Shown here piece by piece: positions 7,028 through 17,389 of a stretch of DNA of 18,921 nucleotides. A model generated the notes under the pieces. The model was given only the letters and a program-made list of their open reading frames with translations, was not told the origin of the DNA and made no database searches. Source of the stretch: a bacterium (lineage in GTDB: Bacteria; Muiribacteriota; UBA6191); NCBI GenBank assembly GCA_036339875.1, contig JAYZAC010000031.1, positions 1 through 18,921 on the forward strand. The letters run 5' to 3'. Both the position numbers and the translations under genes were made by a program. Within the stretch, counting starts at the first letter, position 1, and the number at the start of each line of letters is the position of its first letter.

Positions 7028-10000
7028 TTATCCCCAGCGATTATTTACTGGTGGTTGCAATCGTATGTTAATACTCTGCTCCCCAAAAATAGAATCTAAG
7101 TCCTTCAGTAGTAATAAATGTGGCGTTACCCGAAGATCTTTTGGTAAAGCCACTTTTACATTGTAACCCTGACAACGATAAATAACTTGAAGTTCTTGAT
7201 CACCAGAATGAGATTTTAATATTGATTTTAAGTGCTGCAACTGATCTGGTTTAGAATTACGTTCATCAAGAATTAGTGAAACCGTTAATTTCCAACGTAC
7301 ACTTTCGTGTAAATAGTCGATGAGCTCCATATCTTCGACAATTATTTGAGGTTCCCCGTTAAAACTTTGTAACTTCTTTGTACCAGAAATAAATACTACT
7401 TGGTCATCAAAAACTTTGAAAGTAACCTTCTTAAATTGTCTAGCAAAAATCACACAGTCCACTGAGCCTGAAAAATCAGAAATTTTGAAAGTAATCCAAT
7501 CTTCACCTTTTTTATTCAATCTCCGTCTAAAGTTTGAAATCATGCCACCTGATAAAACTGGAGTTCCATCCACCAGACTATTGAGATCTCTACATCGCGA
7601 ATTTACAGCTTTTTCCAAAGCTACTCTATACTCATCTAGAGGATGACCCGAAAAATAAATCCCAGTAAACTCCTTTTCCCACGTTAATTGTTCTACACGG
7701 GAATCCTTTTCACACTCCTTAAAGCCATCCTCACGACTTTTTTGTTCACCCTTTGACTCAAATAAAAACCGCTGACCACTCTTTTTATTTTTTTGAAATT
7801 CCTGCCCTTCTCGAATAAATCCGTCAATGACGGATAATTTCTGACTACGCTCACCTGGAAGAGCATCAAAAGCTCCTACTTTTATAAGATTTTCAATTAC
7901 TTTTTTGTTCACCGTGAACAAGTCTACTCGGTAACAAAAATCGCGAAGACTCTCAAAAATTTTCTCTTCTCTTGCGTTTATTATAGTCTCAATAGCTTTG
8001 GACCCAACCTCTTTAATAGCACCCAGCCCGAACAAAATTTTGTCTCCGTCGACTGTAAACTCAAATTTTGAAGTATTTACATCTGGAGCTTGAATTGGAA
8101 TGTCCATTCTATGGCAATCTTCAATTAAGTAACATACTTGATCCTGATTATCATATTTATCTGTGAGTGACGCAGCCATAAACTCTTGAGGGTAATGAGC
8201 TTTCAAAAAAGCGGTTTGATAACAAATTAAACCATATGCTGCTGAGTGAGATTTATTGAATCCGTACTGAGCGAATGTAGCCATTAAATTGAAAATTTCG
8301 TTAGCATCATTTTCTTCAATATTATGAAGGCTACGAGCTCCTTCAACGAATTTATCACGATGCAGTGGCATTTTGTCGACGATTTTCTTACCCATAACCT
8401 TACGTAAATCATCAGCCTCTGCCATAGTGTAACCAGCTAAAATAACTGCAGTGTTCATTACCTGTTCTTGATAGATCAAAACTCCATAAGTCTCTTTGAG
8501 GAGTTGCTCTAGTTTTTCATGCGGATAACTTATTTTTGTAGAATCGTGACTACTCTCACAATAAACCTTATCCATCCCCATACCCAAAGGACCAGGACGA
8601 CCAAGTGCTACCAAAGCAATGATATCCTCAAATCGTTTCGGACGCATCTCCACCAGTATGCTCTTGAATAAGTCTGAATCAACTTGAAATAAACCAGGAG
8701 TGTGAGCCTTGGATAAAATCTCAAATACCTTCGAGTCATCTAATGGAATAGTATCAATATCTAACTTTATAGATCTATTAGATTCTATGTGACACAAAGC
8801 ATCCTCAATCACAGTAAGAGTTGAAAGCCCTAGAAAATCCATTTTTAAGAGACCTTGTGACTCCAGAACAGATCCGTCATACTGCGTTGACACGTTGCTA
8901 CCGAAACCTGCCAACGGGACAAAATCTGAAACTTCATCAGGAGCGATTACTACACCTGCGGCATGAATCCCAGTGTGGCGAGCCAATCCTTCTAACTTTA
9001 TAGCCACATCAAATAATTGAGGATATTGATCTTGCCAACGCTGCATTTCGATTGACTCTTCTAGCGCAGCTTGCAGATTTTTCGAATCAGATGGAACAGC
9101 CTTACTTATCTCATTAGCTTCATCAAAAGATATTTCCATCACCCTAGCAACATCTTTTAAAACAGCTTTAGATTTTAATTTTCCGTAGGTAATAATTTGT
9201 GCTACTTTTTCAGCACCATATTTTTCTTTGACATATTCGATTACCTCTTCCCGTCGACGAAAACAAAAATCTATATCGATGTCAGGCATACTGATTCGAT
9301 CAGGATTTAAAAAACGCTCGAAAAATAAACCATATGTTAGAGGGTCCAAATTCGTAATACCTAAAAGATATGAAACCATTGAACCGGCTGCTGAACCTCT
9401 ACCCGGACCAACAGGAATACCTCGGTCCCTAGCTGCTTGAATGAAATCTGCCACGATTAAAAAGTAGGCTGAATAACCCATATTTTTAATTACGGATAAT
9501 TCAAAATCTAAGCGTTCATCAATTTCTTTATTAGTCTCATCATAGCGAAACCCAAGAGCTTCGACACATCGGTGCCTTAAATAGCTATCCTCATCAAATT
9601 CTTCTGGTATAGGAAAACGAGGAAGATATAATTTTCCAAATTGTAATTCCACCTCACAAGCTTCCGCAATTTTAAGGGTGTTTTCGCAGGCTTCAGGATA
9701 ATCTTCAAACAACTGATACATAGTCTCTGTATCTTTAAAGTAGAATTCCCTATTTACGAATCTTGGTCGTCGAGGATCACTAATAGTCATCTTTTCATTG
9801 ATTGCCATTAAAATCTCATGAGACTCTGCATCTTCTCTATTTGTATAATAGCTATCATTGCTAGCAACCAAAGGCACATCTGTGAGTTCGCCCAACTTTT
9901 GAAACTCTTTATTCAACTCAACATCTTCAGACAGTTTATGATTAACTATTTCTAAATAGAGATTTTCATCCCCAAATAGCCTCTTTTTTTCTTGTATATA

Positions 10001-10480
10001 GAGCACCGCTTGATCTTTCTTGCCTTTGGACAAAAGACTATTTAATGCACCTTTCTTCTGAGCTATTACACAGATTAAATCCTTCGCATACTCCTCTAAA
10101 CTTTGCTCATCTACCCTGGGCAGAAAGTGAAAACCTTCTGTCCAAGCTAGAGACGTAAGCTTCATAAGACTTTCATAACCAGAATAATTTTTTGCATACA
10201 AAAGCAATGAATGATTCTCTTGCATATCGGGAATTTTCTTAATATGTCGCGAACCTGTAGTTACAATTAACTCTAGCGCCATGATCGGTTTTATTCCGGC
10301 TTTTTTACAAGCATTGAAAAAGTCTACAGCGGCAAACATGTTACCGAGATCAGTTACAGCAAGAGCCGGTTGCTTAAATTCAGCTGCTAGGGAAACCAAA
10401 TCATTTATTCTTGAAGATGCCTTCAGTAGCGAATATTCGGAATGGACGTGGAGATGTACAAAATTACGTTGCTCAGACAT
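7028..10480 (-). CDS. dnaE: DNA polymerase III alpha subunit
   Basis: PHP N-terminus (FVHLHVHSEYS), GPGRGSAAGS, FERFLNPDR, catalytic MPDIDIDF and KMDFLGL, YGFNKSH, clamp-binding-like QRFLF, OB fold; no intein. Confidence 0.97.
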   Translation of the reverse strand: MSEQRNFVHLHVHSEYSLLKASSRINDLVSLAAEFKQPALAVTDLGNMFAAVDFFNACKKAGIKPIMALELIVTTGSRHIKKIPDMQENHSLLLYAKNYSGYESLMKLTSLAWTEGFHFLPRVDEQSLEEYAKDLICVIAQKKGALNSLLSKGKKDQAVLYIQEKKRLFGDENLYLEIVNHKLSEDVELNKEFQKLGELTDVPLVASNDSYYTNREDAESHEILMAINEKMTISDPRRPRFVNREFYFKDTETMYQLFEDYPEACENTLKIAEACEVELQFGKLYLPRFPIPEEFDEDSYLRHRCVEALGFRYDETNKEIDERLDFELSVIKNMGYSAYFLIVADFIQAARDRGIPVGPGRGSAAGSMVSYLLGITNLDPLTYGLFFERFLNPDRISMPDIDIDFCFRRREEVIEYVKEKYGAEKVAQIITYGKLKSKAVLKDVARVMEISFDEANEISKAVPSDSKNLQAALEESIEMQRWQDQYPQLFDVAIKLEGLARHTGIHAAGVVIAPDEVSDFVPLAGFGSNVSTQYDGSVLESQGLLKMDFLGLSTLTVIEDALCHIESNRSIKLDIDTIPLDDSKVFEILSKAHTPGLFQVDSDLFKSILVEMRPKRFEDIIALVALGRPGPLGMGMDKVYCESSHDSTKISYPHEKLEQLLKETYGVLIYQEQVMNTAVILAGYTMAEADDLRKVMGKKIVDKMPLHRDKFVEGARSLHNIEENDANEIFNLMATFAQYGFNKSHSAAYGLICYQTAFLKAHYPQEFMAASLTDKYDNQDQVCYLIEDCHRMDIPIQAPDVNTSKFEFTVDGDKILFGLGAIKEVGSKAIETIINAREEKIFESLRDFCYRVDLFTVNKKVIENLIKVGAFDALPGERSQKLSVIDGFIREGQEFQKNKKSGQRFLFESKGEQKSREDGFKECEKDSRVEQLTWEKEFTGIYFSGHPLDEYRVALEKAVNSRCRDLNSLVDGTPVLSGGMISNFRRRLNKKGEDWITFKISDFSGSVDCVIFARQFKKVTFKVFDDQVVFISGTKKLQSFNGEPQIIVEDMELIDYLHESVRWKLTVSLILDERNSKPDQLQHLKSILKSHSGDQELQVIYRCQGYNVKVALPKDLRVTPHLLLLKDLDSIFGEQSINIRLQPPVNNRWG

Positions 10481-10569
10481 CTTGCTATTTTATCGTAATT
10501 ATCACAACGATGGGAGACAAATCCTCAACCATCTAATCACGCACCAAAATAGGATCTTGATAAACCACA

Positions 10570-11817
10570 TTAATTAACCCATTTTCCAGCTCGCATGACC
10601 CTATTAACTGGATTAACTCCAAAATGATAAGGCAATATACGATAGTCGGATCCTTCTAAAACTACAAGATCAGCAATCTTTCCTCTCTCTATACTTCCAA
10701 CATTTTCTTGATCACCTACAGCGCAAGCTCCATTGAATGTCGCGGCATTCAAAGCCTCCTCTGGACTCATATTCATGGTTAGACATGCCAAGGAGATGAT
10801 CATGGGCATACTCTCTGTGTAACAACTTCCTGGGTTACAATCTGTCGATATAGCTACAGCTGCCCCCGCATCAATCAACTTTCTAGCTGGAGCTGGGGTT
10901 TTCATTAGTGAATAAGCTGTACCAGGCAACAAATTTGCAATTGTTGTACTTTCAGCAACCGCCTCAATACCTTGTTCTGTGATTGCCACTAAGTGGTCTA
11001 CACTAATAGCCCCCATCGCACAAGCTATTTCCGTACCACCAATAGCTTCAATTTCATCGGAATGTAATCTTAATCGAAGTCCTTGATCAACGGCTGCTTG
11101 AAAAATTTGCTCAGTTTGAATCGCATTAAATACACCAGCTTCGCAAAAAACGTCACAATAATCTGCCAGCTTTTTGTTTCCAACAATAGGTAGCATCTCG
11201 TTACAAACCAATCGTACAAAATCATCCGGGGATTTCTTAAAGTCAGGAGGTATGGCATGTGCTCCGAGAAATGTTCGAAAAATGTTCTGTTTGTTTTCAT
11301 TCTTTAACTGGTTTATCAACTGTAAGGCTCGAATTTCTTGAGCAGTATCGAGGCCATAACCCGACTTTATTTCAACGCTAGTAGTACCATGTATTAGCAT
11401 TCGTTGAAGTCTTGCACGAGTTTGTTCCAAAATTATTTCATTACTAGCTTCAGCAAACATTCTGCTGGAGTTAAGAATTCCACCTCCAGCATTTAAAATT
11501 TCCATATATGATTTGCCTTCACATCGCATCGCAAATTCTGTCTCGCGGGTGCCTGCGAACAGAACGTGAGTATGTGAATCAACAAAACCTGGCACTACAG
11601 ACCTTCCACGAACATCATAAATATTTTCTAGCGGTATCTTAGACATAACTTTGGTTAATGAACTGGCAGTACCAAGGGCTAAAATACGTCCATCTTCAAC
11701 TACTACCGTTGCATTCTCAATGATACCAACATCTTTCAATTCAAGACCCCTCTTCGGTTTGAGACCTTGATTGGCACAGGTAACTAGTTGCTTAATACCA
11801 GTCAAAGCATGTTTCAT
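10570..11817 (-). CDS. hutI: Imidazolonepropionase
   Basis: PGFVDSHTH, GGGIL, HGTTSVEIKSGYGL, TFLGAHA, DVFCE, LHSDEI, TDCNPGS; TAATG overlap with hutU. Confidence 0.96.
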   Translation of the reverse strand: MKHALTGIKQLVTCANQGLKPKRGLELKDVGIIENATVVVEDGRILALGTASSLTKVMSKIPLENIYDVRGRSVVPGFVDSHTHVLFAGTRETEFAMRCEGKSYMEILNAGGGILNSSRMFAEASNEIILEQTRARLQRMLIHGTTSVEIKSGYGLDTAQEIRALQLINQLKNENKQNIFRTFLGAHAIPPDFKKSPDDFVRLVCNEMLPIVGNKKLADYCDVFCEAGVFNAIQTEQIFQAAVDQGLRLRLHSDEIEAIGGTEIACAMGAISVDHLVAITEQGIEAVAESTTIANLLPGTAYSLMKTPAPARKLIDAGAAVAISTDCNPGSCYTESMPMIISLACLTMNMSPEEALNAATFNGACAVGDQENVGSIERGKIADLVVLEGSDYRILPYHFGVNPVNRVMRAGKWVN

Positions 11818-13469
11818 TATTGATCTCCCATAGGAATCTTAATTCCACTGGATTCCGCCTCATCTTTCGCTTCCTGATAACCTGCATCTACGTGTCTAAT
11901 AACACCCATCTGTGGGTCACTTTTTAATACTCTAGAAAGACGCCTCTCCGCTTCATCAGTACCATCGGCAACAATTACCATTCCAGCATGAATTGATTTA
12001 CCCATACCCACTCCTCCACCGTGATGATAGCTAACCCATGTTGCACCATTTACTGCATTAATTAGACCATTAAGTAGAGGCCAATCTGCGACTGCGTCAG
12101 AGCCATCTAACATACCTTCCGTTTCACGATTTGGTGATGCTACTGAGCCACAGTCAAGATGGTCTCGGCCAATAACAATAGGTGCAGAAACCTCACCTCG
12201 ACGAACCAATTCGTTCAAAACTAAGGCAAATTTTTCACGCTCTCCGAACTTAAACCAGCAAATACGACTCGGAAGACCTTGAAATTTAACCTTTTTTTGG
12301 GCCTTGGTTATCCATCGCTTCAATGCTTCATTTTCAGGAAAAGCTTCGAGGACTGCTCTGTCTGTACGATAAATATCCTCCGGGTCACCAGATAAAGCAA
12401 CCCATCGAAAAGGACCCGAGCCTTCACAAAATAGTGGACGAATATACTCAGGAACAAATCCGGGAATGTCGAAGGCATTATCTACTCCTTGAGCTTGAGC
12501 CTCTCCTCGAATATTATTTCCATAATCAAATGTAATACTTCCTCTACGTTGAAATTCCAACATAGCTTCTACATGCTTGACAACTGTCTGTCGTGATTTT
12601 TGAATATAATCATCTGGATTAACTTGCCTGAGGTTTTGTGCATCTGAAAAAAGCATATTATCAGGTACATAACCATGCAACATATCATGGGCACTTGTCT
12701 GATCTGTAACCACATCAGGCTTAAAGTCCAGATCCAATAATTGCGGCAAGATTTCGGCACAATTTCCTAGCAAACCAATTGACAAGGGAACTGCTCGCTC
12801 TCTAGCGTCTTCGGCGAGCTCAATCGCATGCTCAATATTTTCAGCTTTTACATTCAGGTATTTTTCTTTTATCCGCCGGTCAATACGAGCCTCTTCCACT
12901 TCAACGCAAATTGCCACCCCTTCATTCATCGTAACCGCAAGAGGTTGAGCACCTCCCATTCCACCAAGTCCCCCTGTTAGAGTGATTGTACCTTTCAAGG
13001 AACCATTAAAATGCTTTTTAGCTAACGAAGCCAGCGTTTCATAGGTTCCTTGCAAAATCCCTTGGGTTCCAATGTATATCCAACTACCGGCAGTCATTTG
13101 GCCGTACATCATAAGCCCTTTCTTTTCTAGCTCTCTGAAATGGTCCCAAGTCGCCCAATCGCCAACGAGATTAGAATTTGCGATCAGAACTTTTGGAGCA
13201 TCAATATGCGATTTGAATATTCCCACTGGTTTACCCGATTGCACCATCAAAGTCTCATCCTCATCTAATTCCGTCAAACATTTCAGAATTGCGTCAAATG
13301 CTTCCCAATTCCGAGCGGCCCGACCGATTCCACCGTACACTACTAATTCCTGCCAATTCTCTGCCACTTCGGGTGAAAGATTATGCTGAATCATTCTGTA
13401 AGCAGCCTCAATTTGCCAATTCTTACAAGTTAGCTTATTTCCTGTTGGCGGATGTATTTCTTGTCGCAT
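11817..13469 (-). CDS. hutU: Urocanate hydratase (ATG 13469 preferred over GTG 13481)
   Basis: [83 protein letters not shown]-like run before ATG 13469. Confidence 0.97.
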   Translation of the reverse strand: MRQEIHPPTGNKLTCKNWQIEAAYRMIQHNLSPEVAENWQELVVYGGIGRAARNWEAFDAILKCLTELDEDETLMVQSGKPVGIFKSHIDAPKVLIANSNLVGDWATWDHFRELEKKGLMMYGQMTAGSWIYIGTQGILQGTYETLASLAKKHFNGSLKGTITLTGGLGGMGGAQPLAVTMNEGVAICVEVEEARIDRRIKEKYLNVKAENIEHAIELAEDARERAVPLSIGLLGNCAEILPQLLDLDFKPDVVTDQTSAHDMLHGYVPDNMLFSDAQNLRQVNPDDYIQKSRQTVVKHVEAMLEFQRRGSITFDYGNNIRGEAQAQGVDNAFDIPGFVPEYIRPLFCEGSGPFRWVALSGDPEDIYRTDRAVLEAFPENEALKRWITKAQKKVKFQGLPSRICWFKFGEREKFALVLNELVRRGEVSAPIVIGRDHLDCGSVASPNRETEGMLDGSDAVADWPLLNGLINAVNGATWVSYHHGGGVGMGKSIHAGMVIVADGTDEAERRLSRVLKSDPQMGVIRHVDAGYQEAKDEAESSGIKIPMGDQ

Positions 13470-13489
13470 AGTTACCCCCACTTAACCTA

Positions 13490-13495
13490 ATTATA
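13490..13495 (-). promoter_or_regulatory. -10 element for hutUI
   Basis: Perfect TATAAT on the minus strand 20 nt upstream of ATG 13469; no good -35. Confidence 0.45.
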
Positions 13496-13532
13496 CTTGA
13501 GTTTGAATAAAGATTTCTGAAATGAGAAAATT

Positions 13533-14561
13533 GTGAACAACTTACTGCCTATTTTGGATCTTAAAAAAACACTAGTTATAAATATGGATGATCGTTTTAT
13601 AAATCCTCTACAGTCTACAGAGACTGATTTTCTCGACTTTGTTTTTCTATTGCAAGACTGTCTACATGACGAAGGACTATTTTCACCCGACGAAATATCG
13701 AAAGTTAGAATAAGACTTTCAATGAATAATAAAAATCAGATTATTCGACAACGCTTTCTGATGTTCAAAGAAGATATTTGTTTGGTTATTGATCGAAATA
13801 TTCATGGTGGATTTGGAGAGGATGATTATTATCGACCACAGAATGAATTAGGCCCACAACATGTACTAATGGTTGCTTATGCACCACTAATGCGTCAACG
13901 GGACTACCTCAACGGTAAAAATGATCTATTCCGGATTCAAAGGTTTCGAAAGTTAGGCATTAGCTATGGTACTTCTCATTCTGAACACTTCCTCTACATT
14001 GATTTACCTGATAACCTTTGCCTTCTCACAAAAGATTTAGGCTCTACCAAGAGTTGCATGAATCTTTTGGTACAAATAGTTGACTTTCATATCAAAACAC
14101 TGCAAAGGATTTGCAAAGGGCAAACTTTACGAGAGATGAGCATACTTAACATAGCTGCAGGAATTGATAGCTTTAAGTCCGAAGCTCTAAATACTTACCA
14201 AACTTTCTATCGTAACGATACCGAATTACAAAATTTCGATCCCTGCGCAGATATCAATGAACCAGTCAAGATGAAAGATGGATCATCGCTCTTATTTTTT
14301 GATAAAACTATAAGTACAAATTGCTTTAGCTCTAGCGTCAAACGAAGTTGTCCGATTCCTAAAAAAGGTACTAAATTCTTGTTTCATACAAGTGGTGAAC
14401 TCGGCATTAGGCGGCTTTTCTCTTCTTCAATGTCAACCCCCACACAATTTCGGAGTGACGAGGCAATGAGCCAAATGACACATAATTACATGCGATATCT
14501 ACAATTACTTCAACGAGATATTCTCAAAACCTCTCATATCGTAGAGTTCAGTTTTGCTTAA
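13533..14561 (+). CDS. Hypothetical protein (342 aa); possible degenerate SpoIIE/RsbU-like PP2C domain in the C-terminal ~200 aa
   Basis: 1029-bp ORF filling the gap between hutU and the pullulanase; start uncertain (GTG, no clear RBS); domain call is by-eye only. Confidence 0.7.
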   Translation: MNNLLPILDLKKTLVINMDDRFINPLQSTETDFLDFVFLLQDCLHDEGLFSPDEISKVRIRLSMNNKNQIIRQRFLMFKEDICLVIDRNIHGGFGEDDYYRPQNELGPQHVLMVAYAPLMRQRDYLNGKNDLFRIQRFRKLGISYGTSHSEHFLYIDLPDNLCLLTKDLGSTKSCMNLLVQIVDFHIKTLQRICKGQTLREMSILNIAAGIDSFKSEALNTYQTFYRNDTELQNFDPCADINEPVKMKDGSSLLFFDKTISTNCFSSSVKRSCPIPKKGTKFLFHTSGELGIRRLFSSSMSTPTQFRSDEAMSQMTHNYMRYLQLLQRDILKTSHIVEFSFA

Positions 14562-14607
14562 TCAAGTTCTAACTATTCACATACTTATTTATTATCAAAA
14601 AATATAA

Positions 14608-17175
14608 TCATTCATACTCTTCTAGAATTGCGTAACTTAGGCCTTCAATACTGAAACCTTTTTTGGAGAGTTTGAAACCCTCACTCATTGCTGAGTTTTG
14701 TAATTGTGGGACTAACTCCCATGATTTACGAAAGATAGGATGTAGAAACTCAATAGTTTCATCTAAAGGATTAAAAATCACAACTAATGGCTTCTTTGAA
14801 TCATAGTAGGCTACGATCAATCCTGGAATTCTTTGCTTACCTTTCTCTGCATTAAGGAATTTCAACTGACTAATAATAGATTGACCAACTTCTTGCCTTA
14901 AAATTTTATAAGACTTTCGAATTTCTAACTGTTTAATAAATTCGTTCATACTAAACTTAATTAATTTATGATCCACTTTTAATTTATTCGAACGTAATCG
15001 AGCCGCCCAGTAATCCCACTCGTTAAAGTTTTTTTCCTTAGAAGGTAATCCTACACCCCAGTTGTTAGTCTTAAATGAAAAGTCGATTCTATTAAAATAG
15101 TCTCCAGCATTATAACTATCTCCATCTCCAGACTTTGAGCGCAACATTTCTGAGCCAGCATGATAAAAAGGAATGCCTTGACTAAAACTTACGGTTGCCA
15201 AGGCCAATAATTGCATTCGTACCCGCTTAAATATTGTCAAAGAGGGCGCTTGAATAGGTGTTTTTGCCAGTATTTGATCCCATAATGTATAGTTATCATG
15301 AGCCGAGACATACTGAATTGTCTCTTGAGGGTCAAGGGCATAACCAGCGCCGGGTTGTCCACCATAATTTAATTGAGAGCCTGAGATAAAACCCTGAGAG
15401 TAGGAATTCAATTTAATGTTAGCAAGATTACCAGATATACCTAACCTTACCAAATCAGTTAACTCCTCATAGTTTTTTCGTCGTTTTATATCGTCCAGTA
15501 ATTCTGTAGAAGTATTCTCTGAGTTAAAATTATCCAGTAAACCATTAGACCAGCCCTGATTCGGTAAGCTACTGTGCATGTAGTTACCACCTCTAACTGC
15601 GTCACGCATACGATCATTGAATGTTCCTACGCCAGTTCCCGCTGCATTGGTTTGATTCATTGGCAGATATCCCTGTTTATCGTGTAGCGATCCAAAAGCC
15701 CAACCTTCTCCATACAAAAGGATATCGCTTCCAGATGGTAGAGTATCTAGGACTTTTCTAACACTAGAGAGGTTTTGAACAGTATGATGACCCATTAGAT
15801 CAAATCTAAAACCATCGATGTGATAATGCTTTGCAAAACGAAGAATACTATCTACCATCAATTTAAGCATCATAGGACGTTCGGTAGCTGTATCAGGACA
15901 GCAAGTGCTTTGATGAGGCTTCAAATCTTGATTAGTTCGATAATAATAAGCGGGTACAATTTTATCTAATATTGCATCAGGGTCGTCAGCCGCACGATGG
16001 GTATGATTAAAAACTACATCCATAACAACATTAAGGCCTTGATCATGAAGACATTTAATCATATTCCGAGCTTCTAATATTCTTGAACTGCCTTCAGGAT
16101 TTAGGGCGTATGAACCTTCAACAACTCCATAGTGATAAGGATCGTAACCCCAATTAAAGCCATCTTTATCTTTTGAAATAGCTATCTCAGATTGAGGAGC
16201 TTCACTAGCTGGGTCAAGTGGAAAATTAATTACAGGGTTTAACTGCTCATTAGCTATTTCATTAACAGTAGCGATATCAAAAAAAGGTAGAAGGTGTACA
16301 TGCGTCAAACCCGCTTTCTGGAGTCGCCTTAAATGACGATTACCCTGAGAACTTAATTCACAAAACGCCTCATATTTACCGCGCTTATAATTAGCAACTA
16401 AATTATCATGCATTGAGAAATCACGAATATGAAGTTCATAGATTACACTATCTTCATAGGCCCTTGTACTACGGATATAATTGTTCCATCCAATAGGCAT
16501 AGTATCCTCATCCGAAAGATCTATGAATTGTGATCGCTTAGAATTGGTTGATAGTGAAATTGAGTAAGGATCAGTGACCATATTACTTATTGTCATATTG
16601 CTGTATGGATCAAAAAGATTTACTTCAAATTTATAAAATAAATTTTTCCAGTCTTTTAGAATTGGTATTTCCCAAACGCCATTCTGCCACTTCATATTTA
16701 GAGTCTTTGAAGACTTAGAAGATGAGCCCGATTGATAAATATGTAACCTAACCCAATTAGCGGTAGGAGCCCATAGCTTTAATTTGCTTTGATTCCAATC
16801 TGGCCCGAGCGTACCTCTGTAAAAGTATAGATCATCTAAAACACCCAGTACTTTTACGCGAGTGCTGAGTATTTGATTGTCATCTAAAGCAATAACCTGT
16901 AGTGCACCTTTCAAAATTTTGGGTGACCAATTATCAGCTAAAATCAGACTCTCATCGCTGTAACTTAACTCAAATAAATCATCACAGCTTTCTTGGAGAT
17001 CAGATTTATATTGGGGTGTCCAATATTTTTTAGTAGAGCAAAGATAAACCTTGAAGTCAGGTCCTGGATATTGGGGCCATATAATTTTATTGTATTGATC
17101 AAAAACAGCTTGAAACTGGTTGGACCAGCTGAGATTAGAACATAAAAAAGCTAACAGAAATATTATCGTTCGCAT
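14608..17175 (-). CDS. pulA: Secreted pullulanase-type alpha-1,6-glucosidase (GH13, limit-dextrinase-like, CBM48)
   Basis: LWAPTA, TDPYS, IYELHIRDFS, FNWGYDP, MDVVFNH, catalytic GFRFDLMGH / YGEGW / YVSAHDN, QGIPF, DSYN; N-terminal signal peptide. Confidence 0.92.
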   Translation of the reverse strand: MRTIIFLLAFLCSNLSWSNQFQAVFDQYNKIIWPQYPGPDFKVYLCSTKKYWTPQYKSDLQESCDDLFELSYSDESLILADNWSPKILKGALQVIALDDNQILSTRVKVLGVLDDLYFYRGTLGPDWNQSKLKLWAPTANWVRLHIYQSGSSSKSSKTLNMKWQNGVWEIPILKDWKNLFYKFEVNLFDPYSNMTISNMVTDPYSISLSTNSKRSQFIDLSDEDTMPIGWNNYIRSTRAYEDSVIYELHIRDFSMHDNLVANYKRGKYEAFCELSSQGNRHLRRLQKAGLTHVHLLPFFDIATVNEIANEQLNPVINFPLDPASEAPQSEIAISKDKDGFNWGYDPYHYGVVEGSYALNPEGSSRILEARNMIKCLHDQGLNVVMDVVFNHTHRAADDPDAILDKIVPAYYYRTNQDLKPHQSTCCPDTATERPMMLKLMVDSILRFAKHYHIDGFRFDLMGHHTVQNLSSVRKVLDTLPSGSDILLYGEGWAFGSLHDKQGYLPMNQTNAAGTGVGTFNDRMRDAVRGGNYMHSSLPNQGWSNGLLDNFNSENTSTELLDDIKRRKNYEELTDLVRLGISGNLANIKLNSYSQGFISGSQLNYGGQPGAGYALDPQETIQYVSAHDNYTLWDQILAKTPIQAPSLTIFKRVRMQLLALATVSFSQGIPFYHAGSEMLRSKSGDGDSYNAGDYFNRIDFSFKTNNWGVGLPSKEKNFNEWDYWAARLRSNKLKVDHKLIKFSMNEFIKQLEIRKSYKILRQEVGQSIISQLKFLNAEKGKQRIPGLIVAYYDSKKPLVVIFNPLDETIEFLHPIFRKSWELVPQLQNSAMSEGFKLSKKGFSIEGLSYAILEEYE

Positions 17176-17389
17176 GTGTATGGATCACTTTCTTATCAAA
17201 TAATTGGAAAATATTAAATTGCTCAATGTCTAATTATTAAACTTGGCAGGGAATTCAGTAAAAAATCCTTAGACATCAGTTGTATATTAAAAGATAAAAG
17301 ACTTTTACAGAACATATTAAGCCAAGAGGCTCGATATAGCTATATTCAACAAAACTAAATTCTTAAAAATACTTTGTGTTTAATCACTA

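Noticed and set aside
7022..7030. Triple in-frame stop TAA TGA TAA after dnaE; possible alternative genetic code
   Set aside because: Tandem stops are common in AT-rich genomes; TGA, TAA and TAG all end full-length conserved genes here, so no recoding is indicated
7028..10480. Intein, split gene or error-prone DnaE2
   Set aside because: 1150 aa with contiguous motifs, clamp motif and full C-terminal domain; no imuA/imuB nearby
911..13471. Short alternative-frame and antisense ORFs in the track (e.g. 2613-2867, 4212-4496, 5230-5517, 6028-6349, 10281-10577, 13072-13389)
   Set aside because: All overlap well-conserved genes wholly or largely and show no recognisable motifs; typical shadow ORFs
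13470..13532. HutC operator upstream of hutU
   Set aside because: No TGTA-N2-TACA palindrome present
17140..17175. Lipoprotein signal on the pullulanase (Cys12), as in Klebsiella PulA
   Set aside because: AFLC does not fit the lipobox consensus; signal peptidase I cleavage is more likely
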